NCBI GenBank assembly: GCA_044369475.1
Contig: JBIPLV010000020.1
Span: forward strand, 1 to 23,409
Reading direction: 5' to 3'
Length of the DNA: 23,409 nucleotides
Source: Cyanobium sp.
GTDB taxonomy: Bacteria; Cyanobacteriota; Cyanobacteriia; PCC-6307; Cyanobiaceae
The position numbers and the translations under genes were made by a program. The notes below the pieces were generated by a model. That model was not told the DNA's origin, did no database searches, and worked only from the letters and a program-made list of their open reading frames with translations. Below, one piece after another: positions 13,898-21,306 of the stretch. The stretch's first letter is position 1. The number at the start of each line of letters is the position of its first letter.

Positions 13898-15397
13898 CTA
13901 AGAGGTTGCTCGGCCATAGCGGGCTGCCATAGCGCCATAACCCTGAAGCGCACCATCCAGGCTGGCGATGGGCTGCTCAAGGCGCCAGGTCCAGTTGCCG
14001 GAGCTGGTGCCAGGGGTGTTGAAGCGGGCCCGGTCGTCGAGCTCGAGCAAATCCTGGAGGGGCGCCACGGCCAGATTGGCGCAGCTGGCCAGAGCCAGCT
14101 CAAGCAGCTGCCAGGCTGGAGCGGTGATCGGTGCTCCCACCGCCTCGGCCACCCGCCGCCGACCACCCTCATCGAGGCTCTGCCACCAGCCCACGCTGGT
14201 GGCGTTGTCGTGGGTGCCGGTGTACACCACCCAGCGGCGGCCGCGGATGTTGGCGGGCAGATAGGGATTGGCAGGATCGCCATCGAAGGCGAACTGCAGG
14301 ATCTTCATCCCCGGCAGCCTGAAGCCATCCCGCAGGGCTTCCACCGCCGGGGTGATCACGCCCAGGTCTTCGGCGATCAGGGGTAGGCGCAGGCCGCGCC
14401 GCAGCCACAGCAGCGCCAACAACGGCCAGCCCGGAAACCAGCGCCAGCGGCCATGTTCAGCGGTGGGGGCATCGCCGGGCACGCTCCAAAAGGCTTGCAG
14501 GGCGCGGAAGTGGTCGAGCCGCAGCCGATCAAACAGCTCAAATTGACGATTCAGCCGAGCCAGCCACCAGCGGAAGCCGCTGAGCAGGTGCACGGGCCAG
14601 CGGTAGACCGGCGTGCCCCAGAGCTGGCCGGTGGCGGAGAAATAGTCGGGCGGCACCCCGCTCTGAGCGGTGAGGCTGCCATCGGCGCGCAGCGAAAACA
14701 GGGCGCGGTGGGCCCACACGTCGGCGCTGTCGTGGGCCACGTAGAAGGGCAGATCACCGAGCAGCTGCACGCCGGCACGCTCGGCCTGCTGGCGCAGCTG
14801 CTGCCACTGGCACTGCAACTGCCACTGCAGCAGTTCCTCCTCCAGCAGCCAGCCGGCCTGATCCCGGGCGATGCGCCGCAGGGCGGAGCGGCGGCGGCGG
14901 GCCAGGGGAGCCGGCCACTGCCACCAGGGCTGACCGCCCTGGAGCCGCCGAATCACCATAAACAGGGCGTGGTCGGGCAACCAGCCGCGTTCGCGGCGGC
15001 GCCAGCGGCGGAAGGCGCGCTGCTGCTCCATCGGCTGAGCCGCCCAGCGGCGGGCCAGGGCCTCACCCAGCGCCCGGCTGCGGGCCGGCATCAGTGCCAG
15101 ATCCAGCGGCCCGGTGCGGGCGGCGGCGCCGGGGAGCGCCTCGAGATCCGAGCGCTGCAAAAAGCCCGCCTGCACCAGGGCTTCGGCGTCGAGCAGCCAG
15201 GGGTTGAGGGCCGAACCGCTGGGGGAGCTGTAGGGCGAGCCCGTGGTGTCGGTGGGGGCCAGGGGCAGCAGCTGCCAAACACCAATGCCATGGCGCCCCA
15301 GCAGCGCCAGCCAGTCGTGGGCAGGCTGGCCAAAGCCGCCGCAGCCCCCAGGCCCGGGCAGGGACGTGGGATGGAGCAAAACGCCAGAGAGCCTCAC
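13898..15397 (-). CDS. malQ: 4-alpha-glucanotransferase (amylomaltase, GH77)
   Basis: Motifs present: SGVLLHPTSLPGPGGCGGFG, YSSPSGSALNPWLLD, RLDHFRALQAFWSVP, IAEDLGVITPAVEALRD, GMKILQFAFDG and VVYTGTHDN. The start is GTG at 15397, overlapping the upstream stop (GTGA). Confidence 0.95.
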   Translation of the reverse strand: MRLSGVLLHPTSLPGPGGCGGFGQPAHDWLALLGRHGIGVWQLLPLAPTDTTGSPYSSPSGSALNPWLLDAEALVQAGFLQRSDLEALPGAAARTGPLDLALMPARSRALGEALARRWAAQPMEQQRAFRRWRRRERGWLPDHALFMVIRRLQGGQPWWQWPAPLARRRRSALRRIARDQAGWLLEEELLQWQLQCQWQQLRQQAERAGVQLLGDLPFYVAHDSADVWAHRALFSLRADGSLTAQSGVPPDYFSATGQLWGTPVYRWPVHLLSGFRWWLARLNRQFELFDRLRLDHFRALQAFWSVPGDAPTAEHGRWRWFPGWPLLALLWLRRGLRLPLIAEDLGVITPAVEALRDGFRLPGMKILQFAFDGDPANPYLPANIRGRRWVVYTGTHDNATSVGWWQSLDEGGRRRVAEAVGAPITAPAWQLLELALASCANLAVAPLQDLLELDDRARFNTPGTSSGNWTWRLEQPIASLDGALQGYGAMAARYGRATS

Positions 15398-16653
15398 GCT
15401 TCAGGCAGCCGGTAGCGGCTGATGATTGCCTGGGCGAAGGCCGGGATGTGAGCCGCCACCTTCTCAGGGTGATTGCGGCGCAACCATAAGGCGTTGCGGG
15501 TGAAGTGGGAGTCGATCGAGAAGCGGCCGTATTCCAGGCCCTTCGGCCCCAGGCGCCCCACCACACAGCCAATCAGGTTGGCCAGCCAGAGGGGCAGCTT
15601 GACGGCCTTGTCGTAGGCCTCGATGCCCTGCTGCACCGCTGCCTGGCGGTTGCCGCTGCTGGTCACCGGCGCCACATCGAGCTCGCTCTCCACCAGATCC
15701 AGCAGCACCTGACCCTTGGGGTTGCGCACCGTGAGCCATTGGCGCCCAAACGTCGCGCCCATGTAGCCCACCACCAGATCGGCGCCGGCGTTGGTGTAGT
15801 CGAAGCAGCTCAGGCAACTCGGGGCAAACACGTCCTTGAGCTTGGGCGTATCGAGCCCGAAGAAGGGCACCGTTTCCTCGCGGCCGTCGCTGTGGCGGAA
15901 GTGGATGCGGAAGTCCTGCATGAACTCGTAGTGCACCACCGTCTCGGGCGAGCTCACCGTGCTCTCCAGGAAGGTCTGCAACCCGGCCCGCGAGACGTTG
16001 TCAACGCAGGGCAACCCCAGCACATAGAGCGCGTCGAGGGGCAGGGTGGACTGCACCGCCCGCAGGGCCTGGATCTGGCAGCCCACACCGATGGCCAGGA
16101 GCGTCTTGATGCCGCTGCCCGGCAGCTGCTCCAACACCTCCAAATTGGGCGAGAGGGTGGGCTTGTTCACCCGGGCGCTGAGCACCTCCTCCGGCGTGCG
16201 GGCCAGCCGCGGCACCGGCGTGAAGCGATCTTCGTCGCTTTGGCCTACGCACAGCACCGCATCCACCAGGCCCGTTTCCAGGGCGCGCACACCGATGCGG
16301 CTGACAATCCCGGTCCACTGGGCGCCGTCGATCGGCTGGTCCAGGCGGGCGGTCAGCATGCGCTGCTGCACACCGAAATACAGCTCGTTGTCGTTGTTGA
16401 GATCGCGGCTGCGGCCATGGGCCTGCTCCTCCATCGCCTCAAAGCGCTGCTCGAGGAAGGCGCAGCTCTCCTTCACATAGGCCACCCAGCGGCTATCGCA
16501 CAGACCGCACTGGCTGCAGAGATCCTTGGCTGGATACACGCCACCCTTGGCCAGGGGTCGGGCTCGCTCGTGGGGCGCCAGCACGGGGGAAGAGCCACTT
16601 AACGAAGACAGTGCTGCCATCAGCGGGTTCCCTCGCCCCATCAGCCAGGGCAC
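15394..16653 (-). CDS. FrhB-family (coenzyme F420 hydrogenase beta-like) Fe-S flavoprotein; BciB divinyl reductase / HCAR-like
   Basis: It has an N-terminal Cys cluster (CSQCGLCDSRWVAYVKESCAF), a GVGCQIQALR motif and LGLPCVDN. Size and layout fit the cyanobacterial FrhB homologues (the Slr1923/BciB family). The start is uncertain: GTG at 16653, or ATG at 16641 or 16620. Confidence 0.7.
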   Translation of the reverse strand: MPWLMGRGNPLMAALSSLSGSSPVLAPHERARPLAKGGVYPAKDLCSQCGLCDSRWVAYVKESCAFLEQRFEAMEEQAHGRSRDLNNDNELYFGVQQRMLTARLDQPIDGAQWTGIVSRIGVRALETGLVDAVLCVGQSDEDRFTPVPRLARTPEEVLSARVNKPTLSPNLEVLEQLPGSGIKTLLAIGVGCQIQALRAVQSTLPLDALYVLGLPCVDNVSRAGLQTFLESTVSSPETVVHYEFMQDFRIHFRHSDGREETVPFFGLDTPKLKDVFAPSCLSCFDYTNAGADLVVGYMGATFGRQWLTVRNPKGQVLLDLVESELDVAPVTSSGNRQAAVQQGIEAYDKAVKLPLWLANLIGCVVGRLGPKGLEYGRFSIDSHFTRNALWLRRNHPEKVAAHIPAFAQAIISRYRLPEA

Positions 16654-16753
16654 AACCTATCGGGTGCCAGCCGCAGAGGCGAGGTCCCACCAGGGTGTTC
16701 AAACAGGGGAAGCCCGGCAGGTGTAGGCCAAAGTGTGTTGCCGCCCAGCCCCG

Positions 16754-17725
16754 ATGCCCCGTCGTCCCGACCCGCCCAAGCCGCCCAAGCCGCGCCTTGG
16801 GCCCACCCTGCTGCGGCTGGGGGCGGCTGCCACCGGACTGGCCGCGGGCCTGGGGCTACTCAGCCTGATCTGGCCCGAGCACGATCGCGCCACCCAACCG
16901 GCGCAGCAGCTCAGCCCGGCCGACCTGGGCAAGGCACCGAGCCGCAGCATCACCCTGCTGGTGATCGGTCTCGACAGCGAGCAGCCAGGCGATCCGCTCA
17001 ACCAAGCCGCCCCCCGCGGACCGGCCAATGCCGATGCCCTGCTGCTGGTGCGGGTGAACCCCCAGGGGCCGCTCCAAGTGCTCACCCTGCCGCCCAACCT
17101 GGCGGTGCAGCTACCCGGCCAGAAACGCCCCCAGAGCCTGGGCAGCCTCTACCGCCTTGGCGGCGCCGCACTTACGGCCGATGCGGTGAGTGGCTTGGTG
17201 GGGCTCGACTCCGGCGAGCCGGATCGCTATCTGGTGCTGGGCCGCGCCAGCCTGCGCAGCCTGGTGGATGGCCTTGGCAGCATCGCCGCCAACCCCACCC
17301 TGGCCCTGCGCTACAACGACAAGACTCAGCGCTTCACGGTCGATCTGCAGGGTGGTCTGCAGCGGCTCAAGGGCAACGAGGTTGAACAACTGGTGCGCTA
17401 CCGCGATCCCACCCGTCCGGAGGACAGCCGCCAGGACAACCACCAGCTGGTGGTGCGCAGCATGCTCAGGGAAATGGCACTGCCTGAGCAACTTGGGCGG
17501 CTCTCCTCACTGCTCCAATCTCTGCAGAACAAAGGCGTTGTCACCAACCTGAGCCAACCGGAAACCCTGAGCCTGCTGGCCGCCGGCCTGAGCCACGGCG
17601 AAACGGTGGAGTTCACCAGCGTGCCGCTGGCTCCCGCCAAAGCTGGCCAGCCCCTGCGCCAGATCGCCAGCAGCACATCGAGTCCTCTCTGGCAGGCCCC
17701 TGGCCTCCCAGCGTCAGCTCCGTAG
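16754..17725 (+). CDS. LytR-CpsA-Psr (LCP) family cell-envelope protein
   Basis: It has an N-terminal TM (LGAAATGLAAGLGLLSLIW). The LCP core reads ITLLVIGLDS..ADALLLVRVNPQGPLQVLTLPPNLAV..LGSLY..GGAALTADAVSGLVGL. The ATG at 16754 is preferred over the track GTG at 16733. Confidence 0.8.
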   Translation: MPRRPDPPKPPKPRLGPTLLRLGAAATGLAAGLGLLSLIWPEHDRATQPAQQLSPADLGKAPSRSITLLVIGLDSEQPGDPLNQAAPRGPANADALLLVRVNPQGPLQVLTLPPNLAVQLPGQKRPQSLGSLYRLGGAALTADAVSGLVGLDSGEPDRYLVLGRASLRSLVDGLGSIAANPTLALRYNDKTQRFTVDLQGGLQRLKGNEVEQLVRYRDPTRPEDSRQDNHQLVVRSMLREMALPEQLGRLSSLLQSLQNKGVVTNLSQPETLSLLAAGLSHGETVEFTSVPLAPAKAGQPLRQIASSTSSPLWQAPGLPASAP

Positions 17726-17744
17726 TCCCGTAGTCCCGTAGCTC
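17721..17744. repeat. 8-bp tandem repeat x3 filling the gap between two convergent stop codons
   Basis: cgtagtcc cgtagtcc cgtagctc. It places TAG in all three + frames. The LCP stop is at 17723..17725 and the minus-strand gene stop at 17743..17745. Confidence 0.8.
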
Positions 17745-18258
17745 AACGAGCGGCGGTCTGACGCCAGCGCAGGGCCAAGGAGGCCGCCAGGGCTGCGGTT
17801 TCACCGGTGGCAGGATCCAGCCCCCCCAGCCAGGGCAGACCATCGCTGCGGCGGGCCTCCGGATCCCAGGCCCCATCGCCCTGCACCAGTCCCATCAGCG
17901 GCACCTGCCACTGGTGCAGCAGGGCCACCATCGCCGCCGGCAGACCCGTCTCCAGTTGCGCGCCCGCCAGCAGGAGCAGCACCGGCTGGCGCCAGGCCCC
18001 CAGGGCCTCAGCCCAATGGCCGGCGCCGTTGAGGGGCAAGCCGGGATCCAGCGGCAGGGGCACCAGGCACGGCTCCTGCTCGGCCAGAGCAGCCAGAGCG
18101 CGCTGGGGCTCCTGAGGATCCAAAGGGGCACACCAAACCAGACCGAGGGCCATGGCCAGCTGGGGCCCCAGCTGGTGCTGCAGCGCAACGACGGCTGCCG
18201 CGGGCCCAGCGGCCACCAGCACCAGCGACTGCGGCAAACCAGGCCGAGAAAGCGTCAT
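17743..18258 (-). CDS. Conserved-looking hypothetical protein (Ala/Leu/Pro-rich); function unknown
   Basis: This ORF fills the gap between the LCP gene and prs. The segment QPVLLLLAGAQLETGLPAAMVALLHQWQVPLMGLVQ vaguely recalls the C-terminal half of dethiobiotin-synthase-like folds, but no P-loop is present. The start is ATG at 18258 or GTG at 18285. Confidence 0.35.
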   Translation of the reverse strand: MTLSRPGLPQSLVLVAAGPAAAVVALQHQLGPQLAMALGLVWCAPLDPQEPQRALAALAEQEPCLVPLPLDPGLPLNGAGHWAEALGAWRQPVLLLLAGAQLETGLPAAMVALLHQWQVPLMGLVQGDGAWDPEARRSDGLPWLGGLDPATGETAALAASLALRWRQTAAR

Positions 18259-18326
18259 GGATGTTTGCACTAGGGGGGCGGGCACGCTTCTACGATCGGA
18301 TTTCAGCCGACGCGTCCGCGCCCGCC

Positions 18327-19334
18327 GTGACCAGTTTCTTGACCGCTGATCGCGTGGCGCCCCAAGCCAGCGCGACCCAGTCGACTCACGACACCCGCCG
18401 GCTGCGCCTGTTCAGCGGCACCGCCAACCCGGCCCTCGCCCGCGAAATCGGCGCTTACCTAGGCGTTCCCGATGGTCCGCGGGTGATCAAGCGCTTCGCC
18501 GATGGCGAGCTCTACATCCAGATCCAGGAATCGATCCGCGGCTGCGATGTGTTCCTGATCCAGCCCACCTGCGCTCCGGTGAACGATCACCTGATGGAGC
18601 TGCTGATCATGGTGGATGCCTGCAAACGGGCCTCCGCCCGCCAGATCACCGCCGTGATCCCCTACTACGGCTACGCCCGCGCCGACCGCAAGACGGCGGG
18701 GCGCGAATCGATCACCGCCAAGCTGGTGGCCAACCTGCTGGCCAAGAGCGGGGTGGATCGGGTGCTGGCCATGGACCTGCACTCGGCCCAGATTCAGGGT
18801 TACTTCGACATCCCCTGCGACCACATCTACGGCTCGCCGGTGCTGGTGGATTACCTGCGCGCCCGCGACCTCGGCGAGGTGGTGGTGGTGTCTCCCGATG
18901 TGGGCGGTGTGGCCAGGGCACGGGCCTTCGCCAAGCAAATGAACGATGCGCCCCTGGCGATCATCGACAAGCGCCGCTCGGGCCACAACGTGGCCGAAAG
19001 CCTCACGGTGATCGGCGATGTGGCCGGCAAGACGGCGATCCTGATCGACGACATGATCGACACCGGCGGCACGATGTGTGCCGGCGCGAGGCTGCTGCGC
19101 GAGCGGGGCGCCCTCCGGGTGCTGGCTGGCGCCACCCATGCCGTGTTTTCACCACCGGCGATCGAGCGGATGTCGGAGCCGGGCCTGTTTGAGGAGGTGC
19201 TCGTCACCAACAGCATCCCCCAGAACCACGATGGGCGCTTCCCCCAGCTGCAGGTGCTATCGGTGGCCAACATGCTGGGCGAAGCCATCTGGCGCATCCA
19301 CGATGAGAGCTCCGTGAGCTCGATGTTCCGCTGA
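18327..19334 (+). CDS. prs: Ribose-phosphate pyrophosphokinase (PRPP synthetase)
   Basis: Motifs present: LRLFSGTANPALAREIGAYLG, GELYIQIQESIRGCDVFLIQ, VIPYYGYARADRK, AMDLHSAQIQGYFDIP and DDMIDTGGT. The GTG at 18327 (VTSFLTADR..) is preferred. The track ATG at 18261 would overlap the divergent upstream gene. Confidence 0.93.
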   Translation: MTSFLTADRVAPQASATQSTHDTRRLRLFSGTANPALAREIGAYLGVPDGPRVIKRFADGELYIQIQESIRGCDVFLIQPTCAPVNDHLMELLIMVDACKRASARQITAVIPYYGYARADRKTAGRESITAKLVANLLAKSGVDRVLAMDLHSAQIQGYFDIPCDHIYGSPVLVDYLRARDLGEVVVVSPDVGGVARARAFAKQMNDAPLAIIDKRRSGHNVAESLTVIGDVAGKTAILIDDMIDTGGTMCAGARLLRERGALRVLAGATHAVFSPPAIERMSEPGLFEEVLVTNSIPQNHDGRFPQLQVLSVANMLGEAIWRIHDESSVSSMFR

Positions 19335-19354
19335 AACCTGTTTCGCCGACACCC

Positions 19355-20605
19355 ATGTCCCAGGCGCGACCAGCCGGGTTGCGCCGCTTCGCCCGGCTCA
19401 AGGCCCTGCTGCCTGCAGCGGTAAGCGTGCTGCTCACCCTGCCCTGGGCCGCAGCCCAGCCGCTGCAGGCCCAACCGCTGCAAACCCCTCAGCGCCGCAT
19501 CGGTGTGTGGCTCACCAACAGCCCCAGCCCCCTCTATTACGACCCTGCCCGGATCGACCGGGCGGTGAGCGAGCTGGCCGACGCCGGCTTCAACACCCTC
19601 TACCCCAACGTGTGGAGCCGGGGGGCCACCTTCCACCGCTCTCGCCATGCGCCGCTGGAGCCAGCCCTGGAGAAGGCCAACCCCAACCTCGATCCGATCT
19701 GCAGATTCACCAAGGCCGCCCACCGGCGCGGCCTGCAGGTGATCCCCTGGTTTGAATACGGCCTGATGGAGCCGGCCGATGCCGCGGTGGTGCGTCAGAA
19801 CCCCGAGTGGGTGCTGCAACGCCGCGATGGCAGCAGCACCATGGCCATGCACGGCAAGCCAATGGTGTGGCTCAACCCCGCCCACCCCGGCGTGCGCGCG
19901 CGCTTCCTCGGCCTGATCACCGAGATCGTGCAGCGCTGCAGCGTCGATGGCATCCAGCTCGACGACCACTTCGCCTGGCCGGTGGAGCTGGGCTACGACC
20001 CCTTCAGCCGCGGCCTTTTCCTGGCGGACACCGGCCGCGAGCCCCCGGACAACCACACCGATCGGGCCTGGATGCGCTGGCGGCGCCAGCAGCTCACCGG
20101 GCTGCTGCGGGAGCTGCGGGGCCAGCTGAAAACCCTGGATGCCCCGGCGGGCTCCGTGCCCAAGCGCACGATCATCAGCCTGTCGCCCGGCCCCTTCCGC
20201 TTCGCTTACAACCAATGGCTCCAAGACTGGGAACTCTGGGCCCTCGGCGAGCTGATCGACGACCTGGTGGTGCAGAACTACGCCTACTCGGTGAAGGGCT
20301 TCGAGAAGGACCTCAATCAACCGGCCCTGGTGAAAGCGCGCAGCTGGGGCATGCCGGTGGAGATCGGCATCCTGGCCGGCTTCGGCGGCCGCACCCCCGA
20401 CATGGCGACCCTGGCCCAGAAAACCCAGCTGGCCACCAGCCGCGGCCACGGCGTGATCTATTTCTATTGGGAGGGCCTGTGGGGGCTGCACGCCGGCACC
20501 GAAGGGGCCGGCTACCGCCAAGCCGCCTTCCGCCAGCTGCACCAGAGCCTCACCGGCCCGCTTCGCCCCCCGCCACCCCTGCCGCTGCCCGCCCAGCGCC
20601 GCTGA
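19355..20605 (+). CDS. Secreted glycoside hydrolase-like family 10 (GHL10/DUF187, YngK-like) protein
   Basis: It has a signal peptide (LKALLPAAVSVLLTLPWAAA). TIM-barrel-like motifs are present: FNTLYPNVWSRGATFHRS, GLQVIPWFEYGLM, VWLNPAHPGVRARFLGLITEIVQRCSVDGIQLDDHFAWP. Confidence 0.65.
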   Translation: MSQARPAGLRRFARLKALLPAAVSVLLTLPWAAAQPLQAQPLQTPQRRIGVWLTNSPSPLYYDPARIDRAVSELADAGFNTLYPNVWSRGATFHRSRHAPLEPALEKANPNLDPICRFTKAAHRRGLQVIPWFEYGLMEPADAAVVRQNPEWVLQRRDGSSTMAMHGKPMVWLNPAHPGVRARFLGLITEIVQRCSVDGIQLDDHFAWPVELGYDPFSRGLFLADTGREPPDNHTDRAWMRWRRQQLTGLLRELRGQLKTLDAPAGSVPKRTIISLSPGPFRFAYNQWLQDWELWALGELIDDLVVQNYAYSVKGFEKDLNQPALVKARSWGMPVEIGILAGFGGRTPDMATLAQKTQLATSRGHGVIYFYWEGLWGLHAGTEGAGYRQAAFRQLHQSLTGPLRPPPPLPLPAQRR

Positions 20606-21014
20606 AAGGATCCAACAGGCGAACCCCGCAACCCGCAAAGTCACGGGTGTTGCGGGTCACAACCGTGAGGTCATGCAACAGGGCAATGGCGGCGATCTGC
20701 TTGTCAATGGCGTGGTGGGGATCAGGCACCCGCAGACGCCCCCAAAGCTGAGCCGCATCTCCATCGAGCACCAACACCCGCTCGTCGTAGTGCTGGAGCA
20801 CCTGCTCAAGCCAGTGCTCGAGCACATCAGCCTGCTTCAGGTCGCCGCGATGGCGGATGAGATCCACGCCGCGGCGCAGTTCACCGATGGTGATAGCCGC
20901 CAGAAACAAAGGGGTGTTGTTGGCCGTCACCTCGGCCCAGAAGGCCATGACGCCTGGATCAGCGCGACGCCCCTTGCGAGCCTCACTGATCACATTGGTG
21001 TCAACCAAAAACAT
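20550..21014 (-). CDS. vapC: PIN-domain toxin VapC (FitB-like)
   Basis: MFLVDTNVISEARKG.. supplies the first acidic PIN residue. ITIGELRRGV and AIALLHDLTVVTRNTRDFAGCGVRLLDPF follow. The ATG at 21014 overlaps the antitoxin 3' end by 14 nt. The 3' end overlaps the convergent GHL10 gene by 56 nt. Confidence 0.85.
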   Translation of the reverse strand: MFLVDTNVISEARKGRRADPGVMAFWAEVTANNTPLFLAAITIGELRRGVDLIRHRGDLKQADVLEHWLEQVLQHYDERVLVLDGDAAQLWGRLRVPDPHHAIDKQIAAIALLHDLTVVTRNTRDFAGCGVRLLDPFSGAGRAAAGVAGGEAGR

Positions 21015-21237
21015 CGGCGTCGCCACTGCTGTCGATCGGCCGCTGGAAATCGGCATCGCGGCCCACATCCGGCATGGCCGCCAACAGTTCAGCCAGACCG
21101 CGGCGCGGAGGGCTCAGGAGTGCGTCGGCCAGAAGTGCTCGATGTTCGGCCTCGGCACTGCGTCCGTGGTCTCCCGCCCGCCGCTTGAGGGCCTGCACAA
21201 TCGCCTCGTCCACCCCACGCACCAACAGATCCGCCAT
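21001..21237 (-). CDS. vapB: Ribbon-helix-helix antitoxin VapB (FitA/StbC-like)
   Basis: MADLLVRGVDEAIVQALKRRAGDHGRSAEAEHRALL is a typical Arc/RHH N-terminus. It is 78 aa and lies immediately upstream of, and overlapping, vapC. Confidence 0.7.
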   Translation of the reverse strand: MADLLVRGVDEAIVQALKRRAGDHGRSAEAEHRALLADALLSPPRRGLAELLAAMPDVGRDADFQRPIDSSGDADVFG

Positions 21238-21306
21238 CGGCCAAGCTCACCTGATATCAATGCTATCGCCACTGCCCGCGCCATTGCCCGACAGGGGCTT
21301 GCGGCC

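Noticed and set aside
12674-16602. Multiple 140-365-aa ORFs antisense to, or out of frame with, the pseudouridine synthase, RodZ-like, malQ and FrhB-like genes (e.g. 12674..13468, 13042..13932, 14453..15415, 15505..16602)
   Set aside because: Each overlaps a gene with clear family motifs, and each has a biased Ala/Arg/Pro/Gly composition. No independent evidence supports them.
16654-16753. Possible tRNA/small RNA in the divergent gap between the FrhB-like and LCP genes
   Set aside because: No cloverleaf-compatible arms or T-loop (GGTTCGAATCC-like) consensus is present. The region is more simply a divergent promoter region, and its length depends on uncertain start codons.
18851-20644. 597-aa minus-strand ORF spanning prs and the GHL10-like gene
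   Set aside because: It lies antisense to two well-supported genes and even crosses their intergenic gap. Its composition is dominated by Ala/Gly/Arg/Pro and no family motif is present, so it is a high-GC artefact.
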